64,000 nucleotides of DNA from Caecitellus pseudoparvulus (lineage: Eukaryota > Protista > Bigyra: Bicosoecida), in assembly GCA_965644315.1 (NCBI GenBank), contig CBFFRQ010000079.1:62001-126000 (forward strand). The letters are read 5' to 3'. The position numbers were made by a program, and so were the translations under genes. Below are positions 23,217 through 33,567 of this stretch, piece by piece. Each line of letters begins with the position of its first letter. The stretch's first letter is position 1. The notes under the pieces were generated by a model, which worked only from the letters and a program-made list of their open reading frames with translations, was not told the origin of the DNA and made no database searches.

Positions 23217-25337
23217 ATGGCCCGGCGTGCTGCGCTCGCTGGGCCTCTGTGGCTTGTGCTGAGCGTGCTGATTGGAGGAGAGGGCGGACCGATTTCCGCA
23301 CAGCAGGCAAGCCCCGCCGACGCCTGGCAGCAAGCCACGGTGGAAGGGAACGCAAGTACTGCACAAGGTGTCTGCTCCCCCGTTGCCAAGCTTCACATGG
23401 TGATGCTCTCTGCGGCAGACGACGCAGCATTGCTCTCCGCTGCCACTTCAAACGAGGGCTGGCCCAAACCCCATCAAGTGCCGCAAACACCGGAACCTGC
23501 GGTGGCTGTCTGGACAGCAGGCGTTGCCTTCGGTTGCAGTGCCGATGCCTTGCGTCGTTGGCATCTTGAAGATGCCCCCCTTCTCACATCCTGGCAGGCC
23601 TGCTTGCAACGTGCAGGCCTGCCGCCCCTCCCTGCGCCGCTGCCACTTGATGCAGCCCAGCGCACTGCTGCAGCCTCCACGGCGCAGCTGTGCGCGGGCT
23701 CCGCTTCCCAGCAGAAACACCACAGTGAACCTGCACTGCCTGGTCTTGCGTCCCTCGTCCTAGCTCGACTGGAGGCACTGGCTTCGTTTCTGGGCAAGCC
23801 ACAACGCTCTGCGGTGCAACCCTGCACGGTGGTGGTTGGCGCAGGGCCAGTGGGCACCGCAGCGGCATTTGCAGCGCTGCGCTCAGGGGCGTGCGTCAGA
23901 CTCGTTGAGCAGCGCAGTGCCTACACGCGCGACACATGGTTTGACATCATGCCCCCGCCGTGGTACACGTCCGCGCACTGGCTGGCCCCCCTGCGCCCGG
24001 ACCTGAGCAGCATGCACGTGCAGTGGCAGGGCAGGCTGCCCTTCGAGCCCAGCGCGTGGCAGCACTGGTCAGGCCCGCGCTCAGAAGCCCAAGTCATGAC
24101 TGTGCGCTGCCATGAGCTGGAGACGTGGCTGGCTGCGCTGCTGGCCATCGCTAGCGCTGCCGAGTGGCCCGTGCAGCTCCTGGCGCCGTACACCGTCACG
24201 GAGGTGTGTGCGGACCGCAGTGAGCTGCAGCTGCGGCCAGGCAGGCACCGCTCCGTGACTTCAGCACCGGGGCCCTGCTCACAGACCATGCCCGGGTCAC
24301 TGTCCCTGCCCTTCAGTGCTCTGGTGCTGGCCACTGGGGCAGCCTCGCCACTGCCGCGCGCCCTCGGCCTCAGCACGCGGCAAGTGGAGGAGGTGACTCT
24401 GCCGCACCTCCAACGCCCCCTTCACGTTGCAGGGCTGCAGCAGGTGACACTCATTCTACACTTTCAACCTGTGCCTCAACCTGACGGCAGCTTGGCGTGT
24501 CCAGAACTCGCAGGCGGAGTCGACCCCTGGTCCATCGCGTTCGAAGCCCCCCACGACGCCACAGCGGTGTTCCGGCGATGGTACCTCCCGCAGGCCTGCC
24601 ACATGCAGGTGTTGCTGGGCCACTCCGCTGGCCAAACTGCCCTGGCCACGTACACCGAGGCAGCAGCACGTGCGAGGAGCAGTGCGTCTGACAGTGCAGC
24701 CACGGTGGGTGGGCAGGGGCAGGTGGGGCAGCTGCACACGTCAGTGGGCGGCTGCACGGCGCCAGAGCCCGCCCACGCCCACTGGCAGTGGCGCGCACTG
24801 CCCTGGCCCACCCTGCTGCGCGTCGCACGGCACTACCTCGCAGACCCCGCCCTTCACACCGAGGCGGGCCTGTGGGCAGGGCTGTGTGGCGCCCCCGGCG
24901 GCGGCGTGCGGGGCCGGGTGGTGCCGGTACGCATCACCGCGGCAAACCACACAGTGAGCACCCACGCAGGCAGCCCTGTCTTCCTCGTGGGCGACGCCGC
25001 CGTGTCCGCCCACTACCGCCTGGGCATCGGTGTCAACAGTGGCGTGGGCAGCATGCATTGGCTGACTGCCGCACTGCGCTCCCTACGACCCGCCGTGGCG
25101 CCTGCTGTGCAAGAGTGGGACGCGGCTGGCATGCAGCGCGTGCAGAACATGTCTGCCCTGCAGTCCAGCGTGGTGTTCATGGAGGCCTACTGCGGCCTGG
25201 TGTTGTTCTGGGACTGGTCTGCGCCGTCGTTGTGGCAGGCGCCAAGGTGGCACCGCCCAGTGTGGTCCTCTGGAGACTACGAACCCGTGCAGCACTCTGA
25301 CAGCGCCTTGCAGGCGTGCCTTGCGCGGTACATGTGA
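23217..25337 (+). CDS. FAD-dependent monooxygenase, MICAL-catalytic-domain-like, with predicted signal peptide
   Basis: VVVGAGPVG..VRLVEQRSAYTR, LVLATGA, VFLVGDA..HYRLGIGVNSG; hydrophobic N-terminus; intronless. Confidence 0.75.
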   Translation: MARRAALAGPLWLVLSVLIGGEGGPISAQQASPADAWQQATVEGNASTAQGVCSPVAKLHMVMLSAADDAALLSAATSNEGWPKPHQVPQTPEPAVAVWTAGVAFGCSADALRRWHLEDAPLLTSWQACLQRAGLPPLPAPLPLDAAQRTAAASTAQLCAGSASQQKHHSEPALPGLASLVLARLEALASFLGKPQRSAVQPCTVVVGAGPVGTAAAFAALRSGACVRLVEQRSAYTRDTWFDIMPPPWYTSAHWLAPLRPDLSSMHVQWQGRLPFEPSAWQHWSGPRSEAQVMTVRCHELETWLAALLAIASAAEWPVQLLAPYTVTEVCADRSELQLRPGRHRSVTSAPGPCSQTMPGSLSLPFSALVLATGAASPLPRALGLSTRQVEEVTLPHLQRPLHVAGLQQVTLILHFQPVPQPDGSLACPELAGGVDPWSIAFEAPHDATAVFRRWYLPQACHMQVLLGHSAGQTALATYTEAAARARSSASDSAATVGGQGQVGQLHTSVGGCTAPEPAHAHWQWRALPWPTLLRVARHYLADPALHTEAGLWAGLCGAPGGGVRGRVVPVRITAANHTVSTHAGSPVFLVGDAAVSAHYRLGIGVNSGVGSMHWLTAALRSLRPAVAPAVQEWDAAGMQRVQNMSALQSSVVFMEAYCGLVLFWDWSAPSLWQAPRWHRPVWSSGDYEPVQHSDSALQACLARYM

Positions 25338-25352
25338 GCAGCAGCAGCCATG

Positions 25353-25360
25353 AATGCATT
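25353..25360. terminator. Palindromic AATGCATT, putative bidirectional poly(A) signal
   Basis: Lies in the 34-nt gap between convergent stop codons at 25337 and 25372. Confidence 0.6.
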
Positions 25361-25371
25361 GGCAGCGGGCT

Positions 25372-25767
25372 TCACCTGTCTTCGCCCTTGTCCTTGCCGC
25401 TGGACAGCGCACCGTCCAAGCCCTCCCGCACGCTCAGCACGCCGTAGTTCCAGGAGGACACGAACTTGTTCCACAGGTGGGCTGAGAACTCCCCCTGGAA
25501 AGCGCTGGACACTGACGTGAAGACCTCTGGGCGGTCGATCTGAGGTGGGCGTGGGCAGAGCAGTGTGGCACCGTTTCGACCGCGTTTCGCGCTGCAGCCT
25601 ACCTTTGTCAGCGTGTCCATGCCGGGCACCTGCTCCTGCATCTTGGAGATTCCTCGAGCTGCCACTTCCGCTCGGTTCCACACGCCGTCCTGCACAAAGT
25701 AGTATGCCGTGGCGGCGGCGCCAGCGCCCAGGCCGGCGTAGAGAAGCTTGGCGCCCAAGTACCCCAT
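25372..25767 (-). CDS. Small membrane protein, MICOS subunit MIC13/QIL1-like
   Basis: N-terminal Gly-rich TM, then YYFVQDGVW, and C-terminal SWNYGV (WN motif); one intron GTAGG..CAG. Confidence 0.5.
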   Translation of the reverse strand: MGYLGAKLLYAGLGAGAAATAYYFVQDGVWNRAEVAARGISKMQEQVPGMDTLTKVGCSAKRGRNGATLLCPRPPQIDRPEVFTSVSSAFQGEFSAHLWNKFVSSWNYGVLSVREGLDGALSSGKDKGEDR

Positions 25768-26016
25768 GGCGATGACGCTGCACTCGTGAGCCGTGTCACA
25801 ATGGCAAAATGGCACACAATCAAACTACCAGCAGACGTTTCCTGCAAACTTGGCAGTCCGTTGCGGTGCTCGCAGAATTGGTGTTTTGGGCCTGGCCGAA
25901 AGTTGTCGTGCTGTGCCCAACGCAATCGAAACGCAAGCCAGCCTGGGCAATTCCGTGGCATCCTTCGCCGACGTGAAAGCTCCTTGCCCGCGTTCCAATC
26001 TTCATTTGACGCCATT

Positions 26017-28530
26017 ATGGCAGACCCTGCCCCCGAGGAGGTTGTGCCTCCTTCCGCAGAGGAGCTGGAGCAGCAGCAGCGCGAGGAGGCAGAGCTTGCG
26101 GCAGTGCAGCAGCGCCTGGAGGCTGTGCGCGCTGCAAAGCGCCAAGCGGCCGCCCCTGCCCCCCAGCCTGGTGACGAAGAAGAGGATCTGCTTGGAGACA
26201 CTGATGCGTTGATCGCTGCTGCAAAGGCGTCCGCTGAGGCTGCCCGAAAGGCTGCTGCCGCAGCTGATGGCTTCGCCATTGCAACTTCGGCGCCGTCCAC
26301 CGCCACGGCACTCACGGAGGCCCGGGAACAAGCAACGGCGGCAGCCGTCGAGGCAGAGGCCGCCTCCGTGCCTGCACCATCGTCTGCAGTCCCCTCTGCG
26401 GTGGCGCCTGCGCAAGCGGAGGAGGAGGAAGAGGAGGAGGGTGCAGGTGGCCCTGTCTTCTCCAACGCAGCGTGGTCTGAGCGCGTCCGCAACGAACGCG
26501 AGAAAGAAGTCATGGGCATGCTGCAGGACTCCATCGGCGGCGACAGGGAAAAGCTCAGTCTGTTCAAGAGCGCCTCGAAGATGTACCGGGACGGCGGCGT
26601 CACGCCCGAGCAGTTCATGCGTGCTGTGACCAAGCTCGTCGGCGGGCCCACTGCGCGCCGCATGCTGCCCGTCCTGGCTGACGCCATGCCCGACCAAGAG
26701 CGCAGGGAGGGCCTGCATGAGGCATTCCGCGCTGCTCAGCGGGAGGCGGCTGTGAGGCAGGCCACAGGCGGCGTGCCCCCGTCCACGGCGCCTGTCGCTG
26801 CAGCACCCTCCACGTCCACTGCAGCCCAGCCGCTGTTCACTGTGCCTGCCGCGGCGCCAGCCGTGCCGCCACCAGGGGCACTCACGTTTGGCGACGAGGC
26901 AGACGAGGAAGGCAGCAAGCATGCCTCGCCGTCGAGCGCTGCCGCCCCGCCGCGGGCCACGCCAGATGACCTCTTTGCCCCCTCAGCCGACAAGGTGGGC
27001 CCGGCCGCCGGGGGAGAGGAGGCCCTCGCGGGCGGCAAGTGCCTGCGCACTGTGCCAGTGCAGGCTCCAGAGGAAGTCGTCTTCGACCCGCTGGCTGCCG
27101 CGCCACCCAAGGCAGCTGTAGCTCCGGCAGCAGCTGCCTTCGACCCGCTCTCCACGCTGCCGTCCAAGCCAGCCCCCGCCGCGACGGTGTGCGCACCTCC
27201 CCCTGCGGCAGCCGAGCAGCCAGAAGCTCCTGGCAGCGCCCATGCTGAACCGGGCCCCAAGGACCCTGCACCTCCCAGCTCGGCCCACGTGCTGGGCCCT
27301 GAGGGCAAGTGCTCCACCCCAGCCGCCACCTCACCGGCGTTCGAGGGAGCCGGTGCGAGTGGCTCCAGCGCCATCGAGCCCACGTCCACCAGGCCCGCCC
27401 CAGGGCCCGCGCCAGACTCGGCGCCAGCGCAGTCTGAGCAGAGCAGCGAGGCTGCAGCCAGTGCAAGCGGGGGCGGGGGCGGATTCTTCGGCTCCCTGTT
27501 CGGGGCGCCAGCACCAGCGCCAGCGCCAGAGCCACTCCCCCAGCTAGAAGACGTTGTCGCACAGTGCCCCCACCACGGTGGAACGTTGATGGTGCAGATG
27601 TATGCGGCAGTGACGGAGAAGGACGCCTCTGGCAAGGAGTACACTGAGTACGCCCTGCAGTGTGTGTGGGAGCGGCAGGGCACCACCGTGCGGTGGCTCG
27701 TGGGCAGGCGGTACTCTGAGTTCCACACCCTGCATGAGGGACTGCGCCCAGTGCTGGAGGGCAAGGCACAGTACGGGGGACGCCTCCTGCCGCCACTCCC
27801 CGGCAAGAGCCTGTTTGGGGGCCTGACATCCTCCATCGTGCAGCAGCGCCGGAGGGACCTGGCGGTGTACCTCCGGCACCTCTTCGCTGGCTTCCCCGTC
27901 GTGCTCATGACGACGCAGATGGACGCCTTCCTCATGCTCACGCCCCGCATCGGTGCGACGCTGAACAAGTTCCTGGAAGCCGAAAGAACAGCTGCAGCTT
28001 CCATGCCGGCAGCACCCGCACAGCCACAAGCCAGCACTGCGTCCGCCTCCCCAGTGCCTGGTCCTGGAGTGGATCCGCTGAGCGGGCAGCCCCTTTCGCA
28101 GCCTGCCCAGGCCTCTGAGGCGGGGGCGGGCCAAGGAGATGCCGAGTGCGTCACGTTCTTCAACAGCCTGGGCGCCCCACGTGCCCTGACGGCTGACGAG
28201 CTAGAGCAGCAGAGCAAGGTCCTCGCTGGCACCTTCTCTGCGCTGCTCAACACGCCCCGAGGCAGTGGGCCACAGGCGGTGCTGAATGCGCGCATCACGT
28301 CGGCTGCACGCGCCGTGCGTACTGCCCAGGCATGCCTGGAGTTGAGCCTGGCGGCTTCAACGGAAGAGGCCTCCTGGCCAGCCTTGGGTCTGCGCGCCGA
28401 AGCAGGGCAGAGCCTGCACGTTGCCGCCAGCGAGTACACCAGCACCGCCGTGGACTTGCAGGATTCCCTTGCCCGCGGCTTGCAGGAGTTTCAGAGCTTG
28501 AAGGCGGCGGTGTCGCTGATGGGCAGGTGA
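26017..28530 (+). CDS. PX-domain protein with ZNF598/Hel2-like helical domain and long Pro/Ala-rich linker
   Basis: PX: YTEY..VGRRYSEFHTLHEGL..LPPLPGK..IVQQRRRDLAVYL. Helical domain: FKSASKMYRDGGVTPEQF..LADAMPDQERREGL. Confidence 0.8.
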   Translation: MADPAPEEVVPPSAEELEQQQREEAELAAVQQRLEAVRAAKRQAAAPAPQPGDEEEDLLGDTDALIAAAKASAEAARKAAAAADGFAIATSAPSTATALTEAREQATAAAVEAEAASVPAPSSAVPSAVAPAQAEEEEEEEGAGGPVFSNAAWSERVRNEREKEVMGMLQDSIGGDREKLSLFKSASKMYRDGGVTPEQFMRAVTKLVGGPTARRMLPVLADAMPDQERREGLHEAFRAAQREAAVRQATGGVPPSTAPVAAAPSTSTAAQPLFTVPAAAPAVPPPGALTFGDEADEEGSKHASPSSAAAPPRATPDDLFAPSADKVGPAAGGEEALAGGKCLRTVPVQAPEEVVFDPLAAAPPKAAVAPAAAAFDPLSTLPSKPAPAATVCAPPPAAAEQPEAPGSAHAEPGPKDPAPPSSAHVLGPEGKCSTPAATSPAFEGAGASGSSAIEPTSTRPAPGPAPDSAPAQSEQSSEAAASASGGGGGFFGSLFGAPAPAPAPEPLPQLEDVVAQCPHHGGTLMVQMYAAVTEKDASGKEYTEYALQCVWERQGTTVRWLVGRRYSEFHTLHEGLRPVLEGKAQYGGRLLPPLPGKSLFGGLTSSIVQQRRRDLAVYLRHLFAGFPVVLMTTQMDAFLMLTPRIGATLNKFLEAERTAAASMPAAPAQPQASTASASPVPGPGVDPLSGQPLSQPAQASEAGAGQGDAECVTFFNSLGAPRALTADELEQQSKVLAGTFSALLNTPRGSGPQAVLNARITSAARAVRTAQACLELSLAASTEEASWPALGLRAEAGQSLHVAASEYTSTAVDLQDSLARGLQEFQSLKAAVSLMGR

Positions 28531-28541
28531 CGCGCGCGAAC

Positions 28542-28549
28542 AATGCATT
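28542..28549. terminator. Palindromic AATGCATT, putative bidirectional poly(A) signal
   Basis: Lies in the 19-nt gap between convergent stops at 28530 and 28550, abutting the minus-strand TGA. Confidence 0.6.
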
Positions 28550-29916
28550 TCAAGCTGTCGTCGTTGCAGCGACCTGCCACTGGGCAAACTCGGGGCGGGT
28601 CGCGATGGCCTGTGGGCGCAGGGCGATGCCGCGAGACACGAGTTTGGACGTGGGCTTGCTGGGGCTTGCTGCAGGGGAGTAGGTGGCGGCAGAGGCAGTG
28701 GGGGAGACGCTGCTCTCCCCTCGCCTCATGCTGGATGGGGAGCTCTCCATGCCAGCCCGGCTCGGCGTTGGCGTCCCAGACGTGGACCCACAGTCCATGC
28801 TGCCAGACGCAGACTCCATGCAGCCTGCTCCAGCGGAAGCGGAGCGCTTCAAGGTGCTGCTGGCGCTGGACGCGCTGGGCGGGCAGCTGCTCAAGTACGA
28901 CTCAGACAGCGTGCTAAGCTCAGCATCGTGCGTTGGCGCTCGTGCGCGGGCTTCGGGTGGGCTCACCAACCCGTCAGCCTCCAGCTCAGGGGAGGGGCAC
29001 GGGGACAAAGTCTGTGCGGGAAGACCGAGGAGAACGTGAAGCCAGGCCAAGAAAAGGTGCAGGGACGGCAGCGAAGGACTTACATCTGCCTCCATACCCT
29101 TGTAGTTGGCCACAGCCTCAAGCAGGGCATCGGCTGTTGTGGAAATGTCCTGCTTGCCGTTCCGCACCGTCTGTGAGAGTTCCGCGCACGGGAAATGCAA
29201 CACACTGTGAGCCTGCAGGCTGGCGCACGCAACGCACTATGTCCCATTCAAAGTCCGTGTACCAGGCAAGTGTGTCCTGCATCCACTTCTTGCGGCCCTG
29301 CGAGCAGGTGCGGTGAGGTGTGATTTGCATGTGTTGCGCGCTGAGTGACGCAAGTGTGTTGCAAATGCTCAGCAACGCTACCCCAGCCACACTCACCTCT
29401 TGCAAACGAGCACGGTGAGGCTCCCGCAGCAGGCGAGCTTGGATGCGCTCCCACAGCAGCTCTTGCTCCACCTGCAGGCGCGGCAGTGTTGAGGAAGCAG
29501 TGATGCCAAGTGCGGAACTTGGGTAACGGCATGGCATCACGCACGAGCACGTGAGCGGTGACGATGTGCACGTCAGCTTGCTGCTCCACCTCCACCATGT
29601 GCGCTCGGATGACTGGCTCCAGCAGATGCCCGCTGTGGCCGTAGTACACAGCGGACAGCGGGCTGCGGTCGGCAAAGACGACGGCAGGCACGCCACCAGC
29701 CGTGGCGGTTTGCTTGAGCTTCAGCAGGCGCTCAAACCAGGAGCAAACCCAGCAAGTCTCGGACAGCAAAGACTGGGGGTGGATGGCGTACTCGGGCATG
29801 TCGAGGAACCCTTCGTCCAGCACGTGGTAACCACGCTTCGCAAACTGGCCGAGCAGCTCGGACTTGCCTGCACCGTGGCAGCCCTCCAACGCCACGACGA
29901 CGAGCGGGCTGGACAT
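28550..29916 (-). CDS. P-loop kinase, thymidylate/deoxynucleoside kinase-like
   Basis: VVALEGCHGAGKS, FADRSPLS, ELLWERIQARL; 3-4 introns; Ser-rich tail; the 3' end is less certain. Confidence 0.7.
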
Positions 29917-30388
29917 TGTGAGCGCTGAAGCGGAGGGGAACCTGTGGGGCAGCATACAGTGGGCATGAGTTCAAGGTGCCTTGGGGAGCAATTTTCTGCA
30001 GCTGCGCATGCGTGGCGAGGGGCACTCCGGCACGGCACCGTTCAAACGCCGTTGCAACGGTAGCCTGCCTCACCACGCTGAGCAGCGCTGCACGCACGCG
30101 AAACAAAGGATCCTGGGGGCAAAGAAGTCGGAGAGAAGGCTATGCCGCATTTGAAGTCAGGCGTGTGTAGTGTGAAAAGACGCTGTGTGCTTGTGTGGCG
30201 AAGTCGTGCGCCTGCATTGGCAAGGGGGGTGGAAGGGCCAGTCGCGGCACGCGCTGACGGCTTCCCGCAACACTTCAAGCCTCCGCGCTCGCAAGAAAAA
30301 TTCAAAGCAAAATCCTCCCAGGGTCCTTCCTGTGCTTGATTTGAGCTGCCTCCGGGAAAGCTTCGACAATTGTCCCAAGCAAAACGGC

Positions 30389-31393
30389 ATGCTGAGCCAG
30401 ACAGGCAACGCACTGTTCAAGAGGCCAGGCCTGCGCACAACAGCGCAGGAAGCCACACGCCTGACCAAAGCAGACGTCGCACATGCGAGCCTTATAAAAC
30501 CTCGTGGTGCGCTGACACTGGGCGGCCTCAAGCGCCCACGACAGATGCCAGTCCAAGAAACGCCAAGGCAAAGTGATGACTTGGCCCTTCCCGCAGCACT
30601 CGCGCGCCCGACAGCACAAGGACTCGAGCCAAAAACCCTGAAAGTATCCTCTCCCTCCACCGTACCAGGGGATGAGTCTGCCCCTGTGGGCTCTGCTGAG
30701 GGTGGTGCGCGCGGCTCCAACCTGGCGTTGCAGGGACTGCAAGGCAGTGACCCCGCCAGCAACGGCGAAACGCTCAGCGGCACGTGTGCCACTGAAGAGC
30801 CAGAGCAGTCCTCTGAAGGCTCGAGGGTCGCTGCTCCGGGTTTGCTGCCCCCTCCGCAGATGAAGCTACCTGCTGCCACCGCCAGGCACAGCCAAGCAGG
30901 GGGTGTCAGGTTTCGCTTGCTGCCGGCAGTGTCTGCAACTGGCGTTGGAGAGTGCCTTGCGCGGGTGAAGCGCCTGCAAGCACATGCATGTGCGGAGGGG
31001 GGCACGAGCAAAGCTGCCCATCTCCGCAAGGTCGCTGGAGAGGCAGTCTCCGTCGTCGTTGGAGACCTCTCTCGACAGGAAGCCAAGCAGGCCGCCGTCC
31101 CCACAGACGTTTCGGGCATGGTGCAGAAGATCAAAGCCAACTACATCTCTGCCATGCAGTATGCTGCAAATGAGTGAGTAGCCATGCTGCGCCGAGCGCT
31201 GCACTTGTGATGCAGTCCCCGCTGGTTCGCCCCCCGCAGAGCCAGCCGCCAAGCCTCCACTGCCATTGCCTCGCGCCATGCGCACGCTCTGGGCCGCCAA
31301 CTGTCCTTCATCGAAAAGCGACTGCAACTCATCTCCGCATTTGCCGCGCATGTCCCCGTTGAGCTGCACGCGGCCGAGGCTGTGACGGACTGA
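30389..31393 (+). CDS. Hypothetical protein
   Basis: ORF from ATG 30389; an intron GTGAGT..CGCAG near 31175-31239 extends it to TGA 31393, which is followed by CAATGCA. Confidence 0.55.
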
Positions 31394-31404
31394 GCAATGC
31401 ACAG

Positions 31405-33405
31405 TCAGCGAGGTCCCCCCCCTCGCCTTGACACGCCCTCCATGGTCCTCCCACCCACGTGGGAATGGCGGCCTCCTGAGGAGCTGGACTGCCTGCTTTG
31501 TGACGAACTCTGCGCTTCGGGCGGCAGGCCAATGGCAGTGCGGAGCGCCGCCAGGCTCATGTGCGAGGAAGTTTGGGTGCTCTGGCGAGCTGGGCGGCCC
31601 CAGTCCAACAAGGAAGACAGGCGAGGCCGTTCTTCCGAGGCGGGGGCCGCATAATCTCGTGCGTGTGGCGTGGGTGTGGGTGAGAGGTGAGACCTCGCAG
31701 CCCCTGTGCGGGGTGCTGCCGCGACGATCTGCCGCTCCACTGCCGAAATACGCTGGCGCAGCGAATCCAGCTGTGACCGCACTGACGCAAGATCGGCCTC
31801 CGTCGCAGCAGGTGGTGGCTGTGGCGTGTCCCGCACAGCCCCAGCGTCAGAGCGAGCTTCCTCTGCCGCGCGCACTGCGGTTTCAGTCCGCGCAGACACA
31901 GCATCCAGGCGGGACGCCAAGTGCTGAGTGCTCTGTCGCAGCACATCCACTCCATCCAGCGCCCGCTTGGCATGGGCCAGTGCATCCAGTGCCTCGTGGG
32001 GAGGTGGCGCTTGCTTGGCTGGCAAGGGTGGCGGAGGCCTCACTGCCGCCGCGTCCGTGGCTGCCTCGGCCACACTGCGACGGACGTCCCGCAACTCCGC
32101 CGCCACCGCGTCCAGCCTCGTGTGCAGCGGAGGAGCGGCCTGTGCTGCAGCCACGAGCTTGGCCAGGCTGGAGGCTGTGCCCCCCCGCCCAGCCTGCCCC
32201 TCCGCCTGCTCAGCCCAAGAGCCCGGCGCGCCGAGGCAAGCGTACAGCCCCTGCACGTCCTTGCGGGACGCGAGGCCCTCCACGGCCGCTTCAAACTCCG
32301 GCTGGGACACGAGGTGCTCCCGCATGCGGTCCAGGGCTGACCGGTCAACCTTGCCCTGCAGGGCTGTGTGCAGCTCCCGCTCGCACCTGCCCAAGTCACT
32401 GCGCACCGCCTCCAGGTCAGCTGCACACGGCAGGTCTGCCAGCTGCTCCTCCAGCCGCTCCGTCACCTGCGCCGCAGCTGCAGAGGCGACCTCCGCCGCG
32501 TCCAGGCGCTGGCTGGCCAGGCCTGCCAGCGTGTCTGTCGCGCCGTTCAGCTTGGCCTGCAGCGCGGTGAGGGACAGTTCCAGCGCGTCGTGCCGCTGGC
32601 GGAAGGTGGCGGCAGTGGTGAAGGACCCCAGTCGCGCCTCCAGCGCAGCTTCCGTGACGAAGGAAGCCGCCAGCTCACGCAGCTCTGCCGTGGCTGCCTT
32701 GGAGGCCAAGGCTGCCTCCATGTCCCCCACCCGCCCAGCCAGGTCCGCCACCTCCCCCGCCCGGGCGGCGCCGTCCCGCGCCAGGCCCTGCGCCATGCTG
32801 TGCAGGTCCGCCTGCACGCGCTCGTGGCTGCGCTTGAGCGCCTGGGATGTCCCCGCTGCCGAGTCGTCCACGTGCTGCGTGACTGCTGTCACGCGGGCTG
32901 CCACAGCGCCCACCTCGCCCTTCACGCCTTGCAGCGTGGAGCCCACCTCAGCCACCTGGCGAGCCAGCGCTCCCAGCTCCGCTCGGGAGGCACCCGCATC
33001 TGCAGATGCCTGTAGGGCTTCGGACGAGGCCTTGCTATCCACGAGCCTCTTGAGGGCGTCCATGGCGGCTGTCAGGGCGGCCATGTCGCCTGACAGCGTG
33101 TGGATGGCTTCGTCCCGCTCCGTGACGGCGCGGCGCAGAGCCTCCACAGACGGCGCGCCAGCACATGCATCAAGTCGCTTCCGCATTGCCTGTGCGTGGA
33201 GGTGGGCGAGTGCTGCACTGGTCACCTCAACGAGGACTGCGCTGTCGGTCACCTTCATCTCCTCCTGCAGCTCTTGGCGCTGGGCACGCTCTTCCGCCAA
33301 GGCGACATGCAGGTCGCGAATGCTGCCTCGGATGACATCTGGAGTATTGATCCATTCTCCTGTCCCCTCCAGTAAATCGTGCACTTCTGAGCTCGACAAC
33401 GCCAT
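31405..33405 (-). CDS. Long coiled-coil protein
   Basis: Ala/Leu/Glu/Arg heptad-rich ORF; repeated L..K(V/A)D/(K)A motifs; possible in-frame introns. Confidence 0.7.
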   Translation of the reverse strand: MALSSSEVHDLLEGTGEWINTPDVIRGSIRDLHVALAEERAQRQELQEEMKVTDSAVLVEVTSAALAHLHAQAMRKRLDACAGAPSVEALRRAVTERDEAIHTLSGDMAALTAAMDALKRLVDSKASSEALQASADAGASRAELGALARQVAEVGSTLQGVKGEVGAVAARVTAVTQHVDDSAAGTSQALKRSHERVQADLHSMAQGLARDGAARAGEVADLAGRVGDMEAALASKAATAELRELAASFVTEAALEARLGSFTTAATFRQRHDALELSLTALQAKLNGATDTLAGLASQRLDAAEVASAAAAQVTERLEEQLADLPCAADLEAVRSDLGRCERELHTALQGKVDRSALDRMREHLVSQPEFEAAVEGLASRKDVQGLYACLGAPGSWAEQAEGQAGRGGTASSLAKLVAAAQAAPPLHTRLDAVAAELRDVRRSVAEAATDAAAVRPPPPLPAKQAPPPHEALDALAHAKRALDGVDVLRQSTQHLASRLDAVSARTETAVRAAEEARSDAGAVRDTPQPPPAATEADLASVRSQLDSLRQRISAVERQIVAAAPRTGAARSHLSPTPTPHARDYAAPASEERPRLSSLLDWGRPARQSTQTSSHMSLAALRTAIGLPPEAQSSSQSRQSSSSGGRHSHVGGRTMEGVSRRGGGPR

Positions 33406-33567
33406 GTTCAAACACTGGCAGGCGGCGGTTGAAACGCAACGGTAACGCCACGCGCCCCTCAGCCAAGCCCTCGCGAAATGTGCCAGCGTGCTCAACACGT
33501 GCGCATGCACCTGGCACAAACCTTGACGGAAGGTGGCGAGCACATGAATTTTGCCTCTGCTGCGGCT

